A stretch of DNA of 61,485 bases, the filler included, from Perkinsus olseni (Eukaryota), in assembly GCA_013115125.1 (NCBI GenBank). It is 5 parts of 5 records of this genome, joined end to end, with 100 filler letters (N's around TTAATTAATTAA, not from the genome) between each part and the next. Parts side by side here need not be neighbours in the genome. Positions count along the whole stretch, not along the records: positions 12,348 to 24,592 come from JABANN010000800.1; 4 more parts are not named here. One strand, given 5' to 3'. The notes under the pieces were generated by a model. It saw only the letters and a list, made by a program, of their open reading frames with translations. It searched no databases and had not been told where the DNA came from. This document shows, in pieces, positions 13,610-24,692 of this stretch. Every line of letters starts with the position of its first letter. Positions within the stretch are counted from its first letter, which is position 1. A program made the translations under genes and the position numbers.

Positions 13610-14105
13610 TGTTCATATTTTTAAGTCTTAAGTCACAGTACATCGTACTCTTGGCCGAGTCCACCGGTCAAGTTTTTCTCGACTCAGATTTATTTTATTT
13701 TCCGGGAGAGAGCCCTCTAAGAATCATAGCATGGTCGAGGGTCAGATGCTGTGTAAGGTGCGTGCCGTCGAGTAAGGCAGGGGTGTGGTGCGATCCCCAA
13801 ATTTCGTCTCATCGGTTAGAGTCCGTGCTCTGGATGAGACACAGGTGACCACTTTTTAGCCGAATCCAACTTAAAAAGCAACCTTAAGGTTGTCACTTCA
13901 TTCAGTCTTGAGTTAGTTACCATCTGGAACTACCCTCTGTGGGCTACGCTGCCTGCCATACGGGTAGCCCAGAACTCCGTGGGTGCCTTGACTGGGCGGT
14001 TTTGTGCTGCATCCCTTTGGATGGTAAAGAGTTTCGCCACCTCTTGAACGAGTGAGTGAAACCGTGTAGATGCGGGCGCGCCGATACCTTGTGTGGGAAT
14101 ACCTC

Positions 14106-14217
14106 CTCCCCGCTCAGTAGAGTTCTTCTGATGCTTAGAACCGATTCTAGAATCGATTTTTACACGTAAAATGCGGTCCCAGAATCGATTATGAGTTTCG
14201 GAATTGGTTTATCGAAC
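14106..14217 (-). repeat. Dispersed GAATC/GATTC-rich repeat, copy A
   Basis: Reverse complement aligns by eye with 61139-61240 over about 100 bp and with 28105-28168. Confidence 0.7.
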
Positions 14218-14749
14218 GGTCCCTTCGAGTTTATTATCTCCCTCGACCTCGCAGGATCCGGTAAGTTGGTGGGACCTCTTACGCGTGCCGCTCCCGTAGC
14301 CTCTGTAATCGCCTTCCTTCATCACGTTGAAGAAGCGTACTACCAGCCGTAAGTCGTCACTGTCCCTGCTGAGTTGGTTCTCGAGGGGCAGGCAACGGTT
14401 GTCGAACGCGACTGTTACGCTGTAGCCTTCGTCCCTCCTATGGGTGTCCATCAGTCACATCTCGCGTCTTGGTGCATTCAACGCCACAACGAGGTTAGTC
14501 GTGACGTGGCACGCTCTCGTCAGCTCTGACGCTTCTCAGGATCCTCTCGCACCACCAGTCGTCCACCGGACTCAACCTTCTGTCCAGAAGGCCCTCGAAG
14601 ATAGCTCAAGTAACGTAGCCGTGTCGATACGTCCGCTTTTTCGGTTCTAGGTGTGCCGACACGAGAAGCAAGATTCGAGGAGATTTCCGAGGACACTCAT
14701 CAGAACAGCGACGTGGGGTTTATCAGTCTGGAAAACCGGACTGATTCCA

Positions 14750-15782
14750 TTGACCACATGGTTTTCGACTCGTGACGAACTACTTATCGTGGCAGCTCGT
14801 TTCAAGAAAGTTCATCGTCGATTCTCTTCAAGGTTCCGAGCGAGGGGCGACCAACGCCGACCGCTGCCGACCTCTTCAACTTCCACGAGAGCACTCCGCT
14901 CAGTCGGGAATCAGAAGATTCAACGACCACCATAGACCCCGTCATTTCCTCTGACATCATCGACGTCCAGCACGACGATGATGGCGCATCTGTTCCAGTC
15001 AAGGACTCTAGCTACGAGTATGACTTCGAGAGTAGCAGCTGCGAAGCCGATACTTCTAGAAGCTGTAGCGAAGACAACATTGATATTAACGCACTCGAGG
15101 AGAATGAAGCCCGAGAGAGTCTGGCCATTCACGAGGTTCAACCTAAGATTCCGCTGAGTGAGTCCTCTCAAGCGAGACACATTCCTTTGTGTAAAAGTGT
15201 TCACGGTGATGACGTGGCCGAGACGAGATACCCAAGCGATAATGAGAGAACACTTGAAAGTGCTGCGCAAGGTACGTCAACTTGCGCGAGGTTTCCACTT
15301 CAGATGACTTTACCGCTCCCCTCCCTCTCGATGGCATGGCCAAGCCGCATTGCGGGAGGTCGAAGCGTCAGCGTCGTCGAGGGAAGAGATGATTGTTGTC
15401 TATCATGTTACTTGATGAAGCATGTTGTTACTTCACTGTCATTGCACAGTACGCAGTTGAAATCTACGTGGAGTTTGTAGTCAGTCAGACTCTCGACGGG
15501 ATTTTTACAGCGATCGCTCTGACGGTCCCTGAGGTATCCTTCACTCGAATCCTCCTATATGTTCGCGACCAAATTCTGTCTGAGGAGCGACACGACTCTT
15601 TCTTCCGCTCCCACGTTACACGCTACGACGCCCTTATTGGTGCGTACAAGGTCACCACAAGTTCAAGTTCATGTTTCACTGAGTCATCCATCATAATCAC
15701 ACCGGCCTCTTTTCGAATTTCTTCTTGTGGGTCGAGGGAACTCAGCCAGCTTGCCCAGCTGTTCGCCATTTCTCTCGTCTAA
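14750..15782 (+). CDS. Hypothetical acidic Ser-rich protein, partial spliced model
   Basis: Long open frame ILFKVPSEGRPT...DPVISSDIIDVQHDDD...ESAAQ ending at a GTACG donor, followed by an exon-like EIYVEFVVSQTLDG... segment. Ends unknown. Confidence 0.3.
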
Positions 15783-17335
15783 ATCCCGAGTAGACACTGA
15801 CGATACTTCGCCTCTGACCTCCCTCAACGCCATAATGAGCATCCACTGCGACATACAGTCAGTAGTGATGATCATGCTCACTCACACCAGTTAAAGTCAG
15901 GAAGGAGTTCTCCTCGAAAATGGCCAGTCCACTCAGCGGCTAAGAGGCCAAGGCTTCTGCCGAGGGGCAGGGTCTTCCTGTAGATAATTCTGATGCTGCT
16001 GGTTGGAGGGGAAAGTCGAAAGACTGTTCAGGGTTCAACGATACCTCTAATATCCATCGGCCTCAACCCGAACTTTCGTTGCGCAAGGAACCTTGATCAG
16101 CTTGCCGCTAGTAGACGATGAGTGTATTGAGGCGGAAGGGTTGGGTTGGACTACATCAGTTACAGTTTCTTATTATGCGCCGAACGTCCTGTGTTTGCGT
16201 GCATAGCTGATTCTCCTCAAGAGAGTAAGCTTGGAAAGGTAGAAGACTTTTCACTCTTTCTCGCTTTGAGTTGACCATGAGCAACAACGGTAGAGCAACA
16301 GTTGCTGATCCAGTATAACCCCGTTACTCAGTTCGCGCGCTGTGGTGTAGCGTGCGACGGATCTAGTAGGACGTACGCAGAACGCGTTCGGAAGGGCAAT
16401 CGAATAGTATTACGTCTTGACTGAGCGAATCTGAGTCGACACCTTTAAGAAAGAGTTAATAATGAGGCTGTTTCCGTGATATACTCTACAGCCGAGTGCA
16501 CAGTCGGCGCATTTACTCGGGCTCGCCCCTCGAATCAGGATCCGCGTACCGGCCCTGCACGTGTGCGCACTGATGTTCCGAGATACTGTCAGGGACTCGA
16601 CACGCGGCTAGGGTCGATGAAGTTCAAATACATGCTAGCTGACTGCCTCCCCCACTCTTCACGACGCTTTCTTTGTGCCTCGAATTTAACTCCCGATACT
16701 CGGTTAATAGTGGCGAACTTTCGATGAGTTGTTTCCGACCTGTTGCTGTCACGCGCGTACGTTTTCTCGTGGCGCAGCACTGTTCCATGGCACCACTGCG
16801 TGCTGCTACTCGTCCCGCAGATTTCGGTCGAATTAACGCAGCGCTGCCGCGATTTTACAACAGTATCACGTTGTTCGGCCCGCACAACCTCATTGCTAAC
16901 GATTTCCATACCTGGGAGTAGATGTGGTCTCGTAACTTCTCACTCAACTTACGTGATTTCCAGGGACAGCTCCGCGAAGGGCCGCTGAAGTGCGCGATTT
17001 TCTTATCTTCTACTGCGTTGAAAGCAAATGGCTGGCCGAAAAGTAGTCTACGTGTAAAAGAGGTTCAGGAGACTGTTTTACACCGGTGGTCTTGGGCATC
17101 GGGCCTCAGAAGAGCTCGAATGACACCGGTTGGCCATCCAGTATCGCCGGGACAACTCAGTGTACTGTACATGCGTTCTGGTTGCTGTACGCATGCGCAT
17201 AGCTGAAAAGCCCCGCGGAAGCTCCAAAGAACCAGGAACTGGTTTCTTCTTAACGAACGTTACGACGCTCAGGCAACTCTCCAAGGTTTTTGCGGTAAGT
17301 TCCGTTTATTTTCAGTTCATATTCTAGCTTCTCGA

Positions 17336-18373
17336 ATGCTTTACGCTTCACTTGCCGCTGCACTGTCGTTCGTTGCCGCCGCCGCCGCCGAGGCCCACTG
17401 TATGGCTTCCTATGTATGGCAACAAGACTACTGGACGGGTAAGGACTCGTCCTACGATGACTTCTACAAAGCCCTCCGCAAGGACCACAAGTATGATGAT
17501 TACGATTGTGGTGATCTCTACGTCAACGTTGCCGATGCCTCCAATCAGGGGCACCTTGCTAACCCCAAGGGACTGGCCAAATTCATGGAAGACTACTACA
17601 AGCACAACAGCAAGGGAAGAGTGTACCTGTTCTACGCTGGTGGTGCCAAGGGGTATGATGACAAGAAGTGGGCACCCGAGTATGTGAAGACGTACACGGA
17701 GTTCGTCTACAAGTACGGCCCCAAGTACCACTGGGGACCCATCGGTATCAGCTTCGTTGACGTCGAGCTTGACGAGCATGCATGGAAGGATATTTTCCAT
17801 CACACTGATGAGATGAAACACTATCTTTACAAGCATTATAAGTACGACGTTTATGTTGATGTGCACTTCTACTACAACTACCACTACAAGCACCTGGTTG
17901 AACTGTACATGAAGCGAGCTGATCACGTTAGTGTTGCCACGTACAGCAACACTTACGAGGGTCTCATCAAACTTTACAAGTACTTCTTCAAGTATACTTT
18001 CCCTCATGCCTACGGTAAGGACTACTACAAATACAAGGCGAAGATCACCTTCGTTGGTGAGGGCAACTGCGAGAGCAAGCACTCCTGCGGGAAGACGTCC
18101 TTCTGTGCCTATTACTCTGACAAATACGATGATCCCAAGGGCGGCATCCGCTACGCTTATGACGTCTTCGAGAAGGCCGACACCTACGTTCGCCGTCACA
18201 TCCTCTCAAGGAAGCAGTACGAGCATTACTTCGAAGGCTACGGCTCCAAGTACGGCTTGAACTACTTCTATTGGGTCCAGTGCTATTACGGTAAGGACCT
18301 CTGGTACAAGGCTGGCCTCAAGCACTGTCGTAAGTACCGTTACTACTCCGACCAGTGCAGACGTCATTACTAA
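17336..18373 (+). CDS. Intronless secreted Tyr/Lys/His-rich protein, paralogue B (345 aa)
   Basis: Signal peptide MLYASLAAALSFVAAAAAEA. Shares blocks with paralogue A: GD.Y.NVADASN.G.LANP.GLA, DDKKWAP, ADHV, SNTYEGL, YKA..TF..EGNC, CAYYS, DP.GGI.YAYD, GLN.F.W..CYYG. Confidence 0.9.
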   Translation: MLYASLAAALSFVAAAAAEAHCMASYVWQQDYWTGKDSSYDDFYKALRKDHKYDDYDCGDLYVNVADASNQGHLANPKGLAKFMEDYYKHNSKGRVYLFYAGGAKGYDDKKWAPEYVKTYTEFVYKYGPKYHWGPIGISFVDVELDEHAWKDIFHHTDEMKHYLYKHYKYDVYVDVHFYYNYHYKHLVELYMKRADHVSVATYSNTYEGLIKLYKYFFKYTFPHAYGKDYYKYKAKITFVGEGNCESKHSCGKTSFCAYYSDKYDDPKGGIRYAYDVFEKADTYVRRHILSRKQYEHYFEGYGSKYGLNYFYWVQCYYGKDLWYKAGLKHCRKYRYYSDQCRRHY

Positions 18374-18608
18374 GGACTTGTCTGATGCTACGATGACAGC
18401 GTGTGTAGTCTCTTGTAACGAAACTGTACAAGATATCTTACCACGCGTTAAATCTTCACTTCTTCTTTTCAATTTTTTGTAGTAGTCGATTGATTGCAAG
18501 ACGCTTCTCGATACTCATCATCCGCTCGTTGGCAGCATGCCCGTGAGTATGGGTTTTGTCGTGTGTGGTGGATGGTTGGCAAGTTGTCGGGTCAGCAATT
18601 GTCAGCTA

Positions 18609-20222
18609 TCATCGGTTTAAACCGAAAGACCTGTTATTATAGAGCCAGTAGTATAGGTTGTACTTAAGGCTCGGAATAGTCGACAAATTTTTACGAAGGT
18701 GTTGAGTTGAAACAGTAGGGCACGATTGTTGAGCAATGAGCCAGGTCACCCGGACGACTCCTTCGGGATTGGCAACGCGAGGGACTGAGGACTCTCTGTC
18801 GGTCCACATCACAAGAATCAACGTGACTACTCGGGTTTTCAAGAAGCTTCTGCATCACTTGAGAGCGAAAGCCCTTCTCCCGTTGAGAGCGAACGTGGCA
18901 GAGTGCCAAGCTCATGTCGATGTGGCAGGTAATTTGCCGTGGAGTTCCTCTGGCACCTTTGGCAGAGAAGGGCCGGTACAATCGTCGTGATTGAGAGTCT
19001 CCTCTAACGCGTTTCTTGGCGTACGAAACTTCCTAGCAGTAGAGAAGTGCGGCCCAATTCGAATGCTCTGCCTCTTTGTAAGGAGACTTCCCACACCTAG
19101 AGGAGCCTCTTCAAGCTCCCTCATGAGCGACCTCAAGTGGCTTCCAGATTTTCTCATACCCTAAGCGAGAGGCACGCGCATCGGCAGGGGGTCGGGGTTC
19201 TCCGGAAGACCCTCTTCCTCAACCGGTTCCAATCTCGTTTGATCGAGAGCATAGCATTCCGAAGGCGATCGGTATCATTACGGGTTGTGCGTTAGCGCGC
19301 GGAATATACGCAGGAAGTAAAACAGAATTTTCCAGTTCTTTCCAAAAAAAAGTTGGAAATTCTAGAAAACTTTGTAAGTCTCACAGAAGCCCTCCCTGCA
19401 AAATTTCCCGAGTGCCTGATACGCCTCTCCTGAGCGTCTACAGCGCCACCTAAATGGAACCCCGGGGGCGCTTCTGAGATGCAAGCCAGGTCCGTTAAGC
19501 ACCCCTAGGAAGCGAATGAGACTTCCGAGGCCTCCTGGTTCACGAGTAATAACAACGGAGTGAGTTGGGTCGAGCACACAGTAGCCTTTTGTGACAGATC
19601 CGGCGGAGCACGCGTGCTGGGCGAGCGCTACTTGCAGCGCAGCTCGTCCCAGCTCCTTCTTGTCGTTGAAGCTTCCTGTGATACTCTGCTTACCAGTCTG
19701 ACTAGGTGTTGCGGGATGTAGTCTCAGCTTGGTCAAGGCCGCCGCCAATTCACGCTTCACCTGCGTCTCATGGCATGTTTCATTCATTCCCACCCTGGAT
19801 GACAGTCAGCGTTGTCACCACTCGGACGGGGTTTGAACCCCCGGTCGTTATGCTTCCTAGCGGCCCGAGGATTGGAAGAGGGTGATACTGGAAAATCTTA
19901 TTCAGGGGAGGTCTATTGAAGTACGGAATTCAGTAGTCGATTCTGAAACCGCTTTCCGTGGGAACGATCCATGCCAGAATTGATTTCAAGGCTGCTGATC
20001 AGGGCACTAGAGTGTAGGCTACGGAAAGGACGATCCCGGGGGTTCAATGGCCTCTCCTGATTTCCAAGACCACTTCATGAAGAGGCTGGCTGATTGTGAA
20101 CACAACGCCCGGGTTTTGTCATCTGGAATCAATTCTCTCATCGTCTGCCTCTTACCTTCACCGTAGCTTCTCGTCGGAGCGAGATAGGCTTTCTGTGGTC
20201 TAAACGTTACATCTTCTGCCAT
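18609..20222 (-). CDS. Hypothetical protein, multi-exon, head-to-head with the Sfi1-like gene
   Basis: Start MAEDVTFRPQKAYLAP at 20222; exon-like frames QVKRELAAALTKLRL and LRSLMRELEEAPLG. No family recognised; 3' end uncertain. Confidence 0.3.
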
Positions 20223-20337
20223 TGTGTTTTGCACGTCCTTAAATTCAATCCTGGGAGGGCTCAGGAGAGGTCCACTGAATATGGTCCGATCCCTTTTTCT
20301 GAAGACCTTCCGCTTTCTTAATGTCGATCCATCAGCC

Positions 20338-23300
20338 ATGACCACCCCGTCGGATCTGCTGGCGGAAGCCCTCCTAGCCGAGACCTTCAATACCACACCA
20401 TTCGCAACTCATGTCAACTTGCAGCTGTTGCTGGATGCCTTTGGAAAGGTACTGGAGCGGAGGGGGATTGGCAAGGCCGACGAAGGGGCAATGAAGGCCT
20501 ATCGGGCCATCCTCGCCAAGCACCGGGAGGCCTCTAAGCGATGCCGGGCGGAGCGAAAGCCTTTTCAATTCCGTCGTAGAAAGGACGTCGTCAGATCGTT
20601 CAGTTCGGTGAGCTCGATGGAGCCTCGATCGCCGCCCACTCCTGACGATTCTGAGCGGAGCGATGCGCCTCACTTCGGCTTCGAGGCAGTCTCTGTGATG
20701 GACAGTGTCGTCCAAGAGTCTCACCCTTCCACCACGCCTGGGCGCGTGAAAAAACCGGGGATGGTTATGGACGAAGTTGAAGAGATGGTATCGGTTCTAC
20801 CCAAGCTCGATGCCGCTGTAGATGGTCTTGAAGGTGTGGGTAGGGGACGCAGCCCGTCGCCCGATAGAAGTCCGGTATCGGGTCGTCGAAGGTTCGACGC
20901 CGGGAAGCTCTTTTCCTTGTCTATTCGCTGCGTGAGTCGTAGGGCTGTACTGAGGTGGCGTGAGGGAGCAATGGCACAGCGGAACAACAGGGAAGGGCTG
21001 CTGCTACTGTGGAAAAGGAGAGGGTTGAGGGCCTTTCACGCTGCTGTGATGGAGTGCAAGATGTTGCGATTTCGGGAAAAGTTGGTATCGGCGTATATTA
21101 AATCTGTACTAGGTTGCTGGAAGGAGTTCACAAGTCATCGGAAGGGCATTCGAGTCCGCGACGAGGAGCTGCTCAGCTCAGTGGAGACCATCGGGGATTT
21201 TGTGGAGGCCAACCGACTCACTCGGGCGTTCAACACGTGGCTGGATACGCTGAGATTTCGCCGGGAGTCGGACCGAAGAATCAAAAAGTTTCTGACTGGT
21301 CGAGCGGAGCGATGCATCATTAGATGGTCTCAGGTCGTGCAGGACTGTAAAAAACTGAGAGCGACGACGAGAATCTTCCGGCTGCGTCGCGGCTTGAGAG
21401 CTCTGAGGAGATTCCTTGAAGCGTCCAAGGCGGAGATCTACCGAGCGGTCGAGGTCGAACGATCGATTATGAAGCGTGCCTGGCAGCTGTGGACGCGGTA
21501 CCACTCCTGGCGGGCCGGTCTCAAGGCCTTCTACGCTACTCTCGAGCCCTCCCTCGAGACCATTCGACAGACAGCGGTCGTGAGAATGAGGAGGGGAGCG
21601 TTGAGGACTTGGCAGAGAGCCCATGAAATCAAGAGGGCTTATGATGGTGTTCGCAGGGCGGCGGTACGGAGGAGATCTGAGGCCGTCCTTCGGGAGTGGG
21701 TGACGCAACTTTTCGAGCGGCTGCATTTCCAGCGCGATTGTGTGGTCCATCTACAGAAGTGGCGGTTAGCTTTGGCGCTGCACAAGCTGGCATTTAATAG
21801 ACGGCTGGGCCTGTACAAATCGTCCGGGGTCGGGTATCTAGTCGAGAGAGGCCGACTGAGGGTGTTGGCGGGGGTATGCGACGCTTGGTTGGGGGAAGTG
21901 CGGTATCGACTAAACTGCTCACGCGTGGAGGTATGCGTCAGGCAGAGGGCGGCCACTTCTCTATTGACACGCTCCTTGGGGCACTGGCGGGCCCAGTACT
22001 CCCATCGTCTCCTCGACAGGGCACGTAATGAGATGGCTGCCCTCCAGTGGAAGCGTCGCTGTTTGTCTCGCTTTCTATCAGCCTGGCTCGGTCAGGCTGT
22101 CGATGGCCGAACCGTCCGGGAGGGCCTGTCGGTTATTTCTGGTAAAGTGAAGGGCGCTCACTTTAATGCTTGGCTCATACTGGCAGAGCTCGTCCGGGCT
22201 TCTCGTCTGAAGGTCTTAACGGTGGTCTTCGGGAACTGGTATAGAGAGAGCGCTCGAGTCCGTCGGTCGACCGTCGAAGCCGGCCAGAGGGCCGCGATCT
22301 CTCATCAACGGTTAGCGAGGATGGTTTTGTTCGGACTGAGGGACCTGGTGGGCTATCGGAGACTCTGCCGGCAAGCTGGGGTAAGGAGCAGCATCTTAGC
22401 GAAGCGAAGACGGACTCGTCTCGTCTTCGGGGAGTGGCTGGCTGCGGCCCAGTTGTGTGGTATGGGACGGAGGCTGGAATCTCGTCTGCCGCGCGTAGCT
22501 CTGCGATTGGCCTTCCATCGACTCCGATGGTTTACCGAACTCATGGGGCAGCGCGATGCCGAGGAGATGGCTCGAGCTGTTCTTTGGTATTTTCGAGCGC
22601 GTCTGGTGGCCTGGAAGAAACGGGTACGGTGGCAGAGCATCAAGAGAAGGGTTGTCGAGGGGCGTCGGAGGAAGAGGGTGAGTCTGGCCTTCGGGATCCT
22701 GGCGTGTTGGCGGGTTTACTGCCAACGGAATCGACAGGCGGCAACTCTCATACGGTTGAATTTGTATTCTGGGCGGAGCGGTGCAATTTTGAGAGCCTGG
22801 AGCGTCGCGGGGCGATCGAAGCAGATCGTGGATCGGCTCTTCGATTGTCACGTGAAACAAGTGGTTGTATCTTGCCTTGATGCATGGAAGATACAAGTAA
22901 AGTCAACAAAAGAGCTCCACGATCGACTGCAGTGTCGAGCAAGAGAGCGTTCGACTGCCCTGAAGAAGTTCGCAGCGACAGCTTGGAGAGTCGGCGTCCG
23001 TGCCAGCCGAGCAGCCGATCGTCGCCAACGTCTGAGTCTTGACGGCTGGCGCATGGTAGTAGCATCGAAGGCTCGCCTCCGCCAGAGAGCAGCGGCGGTC
23101 AGGAGAATCCGGGAAGGGAGGACGCTGAGTGGGTGGATAAGAAGGTAGTGAAGGGGAAAATCCGCAATACTCGACGAGGTCCTTCGGGCGTTCCAAAGAT
23201 TGTCATAGTTGACTGCCGTCAGGAGTCTTTGTCGGGAAGCAAGTTTCACTTTTCTCGCGAGGCCTGAGTAGCTCTCATTCACTCCGTGTCAGTTTTCGGG

Positions 23301-24528
23301 AGTCGCTGGCCCTCAACCTACGATGCGATGACTACCTTCACCTTCGTGCTACTCCGCTCCGCTCGAAGTTCCTTCGTGGGTGGTCCGGAGCTGCTAGAAA
23401 GCGCAGAGCCCTCGGGCGAGTGGAAGCCACCATCAACGCAGCAATGGAGTTCACAAGAATGGAGCTGGCCTTGGACCATTGGGCAGTGCAAACCGCGCGC
23501 GCCCAGGTCATGAACGAAATATGGCTCGTCACTGTCCCCGCGGCCCTGCTGCGATACCGAGCGAGGGAGTGCTTGGCGTACTGGAAGGCTCGAGTGAAGT
23601 CTGAGAAGTCCTCGATGAGTCGAGTGGTCATGGCGTGGCGTTACGAACTCCCTCGGATCATCGCGATGGAGCGATCGAGCGAATCCTTGGCGGTGCGGCA
23701 TCGGAGCGGGAAGGTGCTGAAGCAAGCCATGGTGGCCTTTATGATGGCTGTGGATGAGGGGAGGGAGTTGAGGAGAGCCCGCACAAGACTGGCGCTAGGC
23801 AGGTTCAGAAGGAGAGTAGCCAGTATACGAGCTCGCAGGGTTCGGTTGGGGGCCATGGCTGCGGCGAGCAGACTAAGACGTCTTGAAGCGGCCTTCGAGG
23901 GTTGGTGGAATTATCGGGTGGAAATCTCTGAAAGGCTGGAGCGATATCCTATCTGTCGACGAGGTAGATGCCGCAAGGAAATGCTCCTGGCGTATCATGA
24001 GCAAGTGGTCCTTCGACGATCGACTCTGTTGGCGTGGCGTCGTACGTGCCGGGAGAGGGCGGAGGAATCTGCTGTCAATCGGGCTGATCAGGAGATGGCG
24101 AAATTATTGGAGGTGAGTGTGCTTCGATCGGCGTGGAGGTTCATCGAAGTCCCACTTCTCAGATCGATCGACTCTTGCGGCCGGCGTTCCAAGCCATTCG
24201 AGATTCAGCGGTTAGCAGAAAATGCTTTACAGTGTGGTGCAGACGGGCGGAGCGAAGCTGGAAAGGGAGAATCTTAGGTCGAAGAGGGGATAATATCCGC
24301 CTTGGGAAGGTCTGGGCGGTCTGGGCCAAGGTAGTGCAGAATTTCGTGGCGCGCGGTAATGGTCTGTCGCAGGTCCTCGATCACATCAAGGTTCGAAACT
24401 CAACGGATAGAATACTCATGCAAAGTGTCTTTCAAACGTGGCGGGTTGGCGTGTCGGAAAATCGGCTAAAAAAGATGACAGCTTCGCTCCGCTGTTGGTG
24501 GGACCAAGAGGGGGGCGAAGAAGAATGA
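20338..24528 (+). CDS. Sfi1-like centrin-binding repeat protein; very long first exon plus later exons
   Basis: Arg-rich helical protein with recurring L/F-x-x-W units (RAFNTWL, RAWQLWT, VLREWV, FLSAWL, HFNAWL, VFGNWY, AFEGWW, VFQTWR), as in Sfi1 repeats. Confidence 0.7.
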
Positions 24529-24692
24529 GGAGTACCGTTTAGGTACGGAAGGTGAAATAGCAGCGCACAGGAGATGATGTTGTCGTTTCGGGNNNNNNNN
24601 NNNNNNNNNNNNNNNNNNNNNNNNNNNNNNNNNNNNTTAATTAATTAANNNNNNNNNNNNNNNNNNNNNNNNNNNNNNNNNNNNNNNNNNNN

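Noticed and set aside
17348-18199. 283-aa antisense ORF (and 12701-13165)
   Set aside because: Shadow of strong codon bias in the sense genes.
19825-19845. T-arm-like hairpin GGGGTTCAAACCCC; similar at 55489 and 57811-57840
   Set aside because: No D arm, anticodon arm or acceptor stem.
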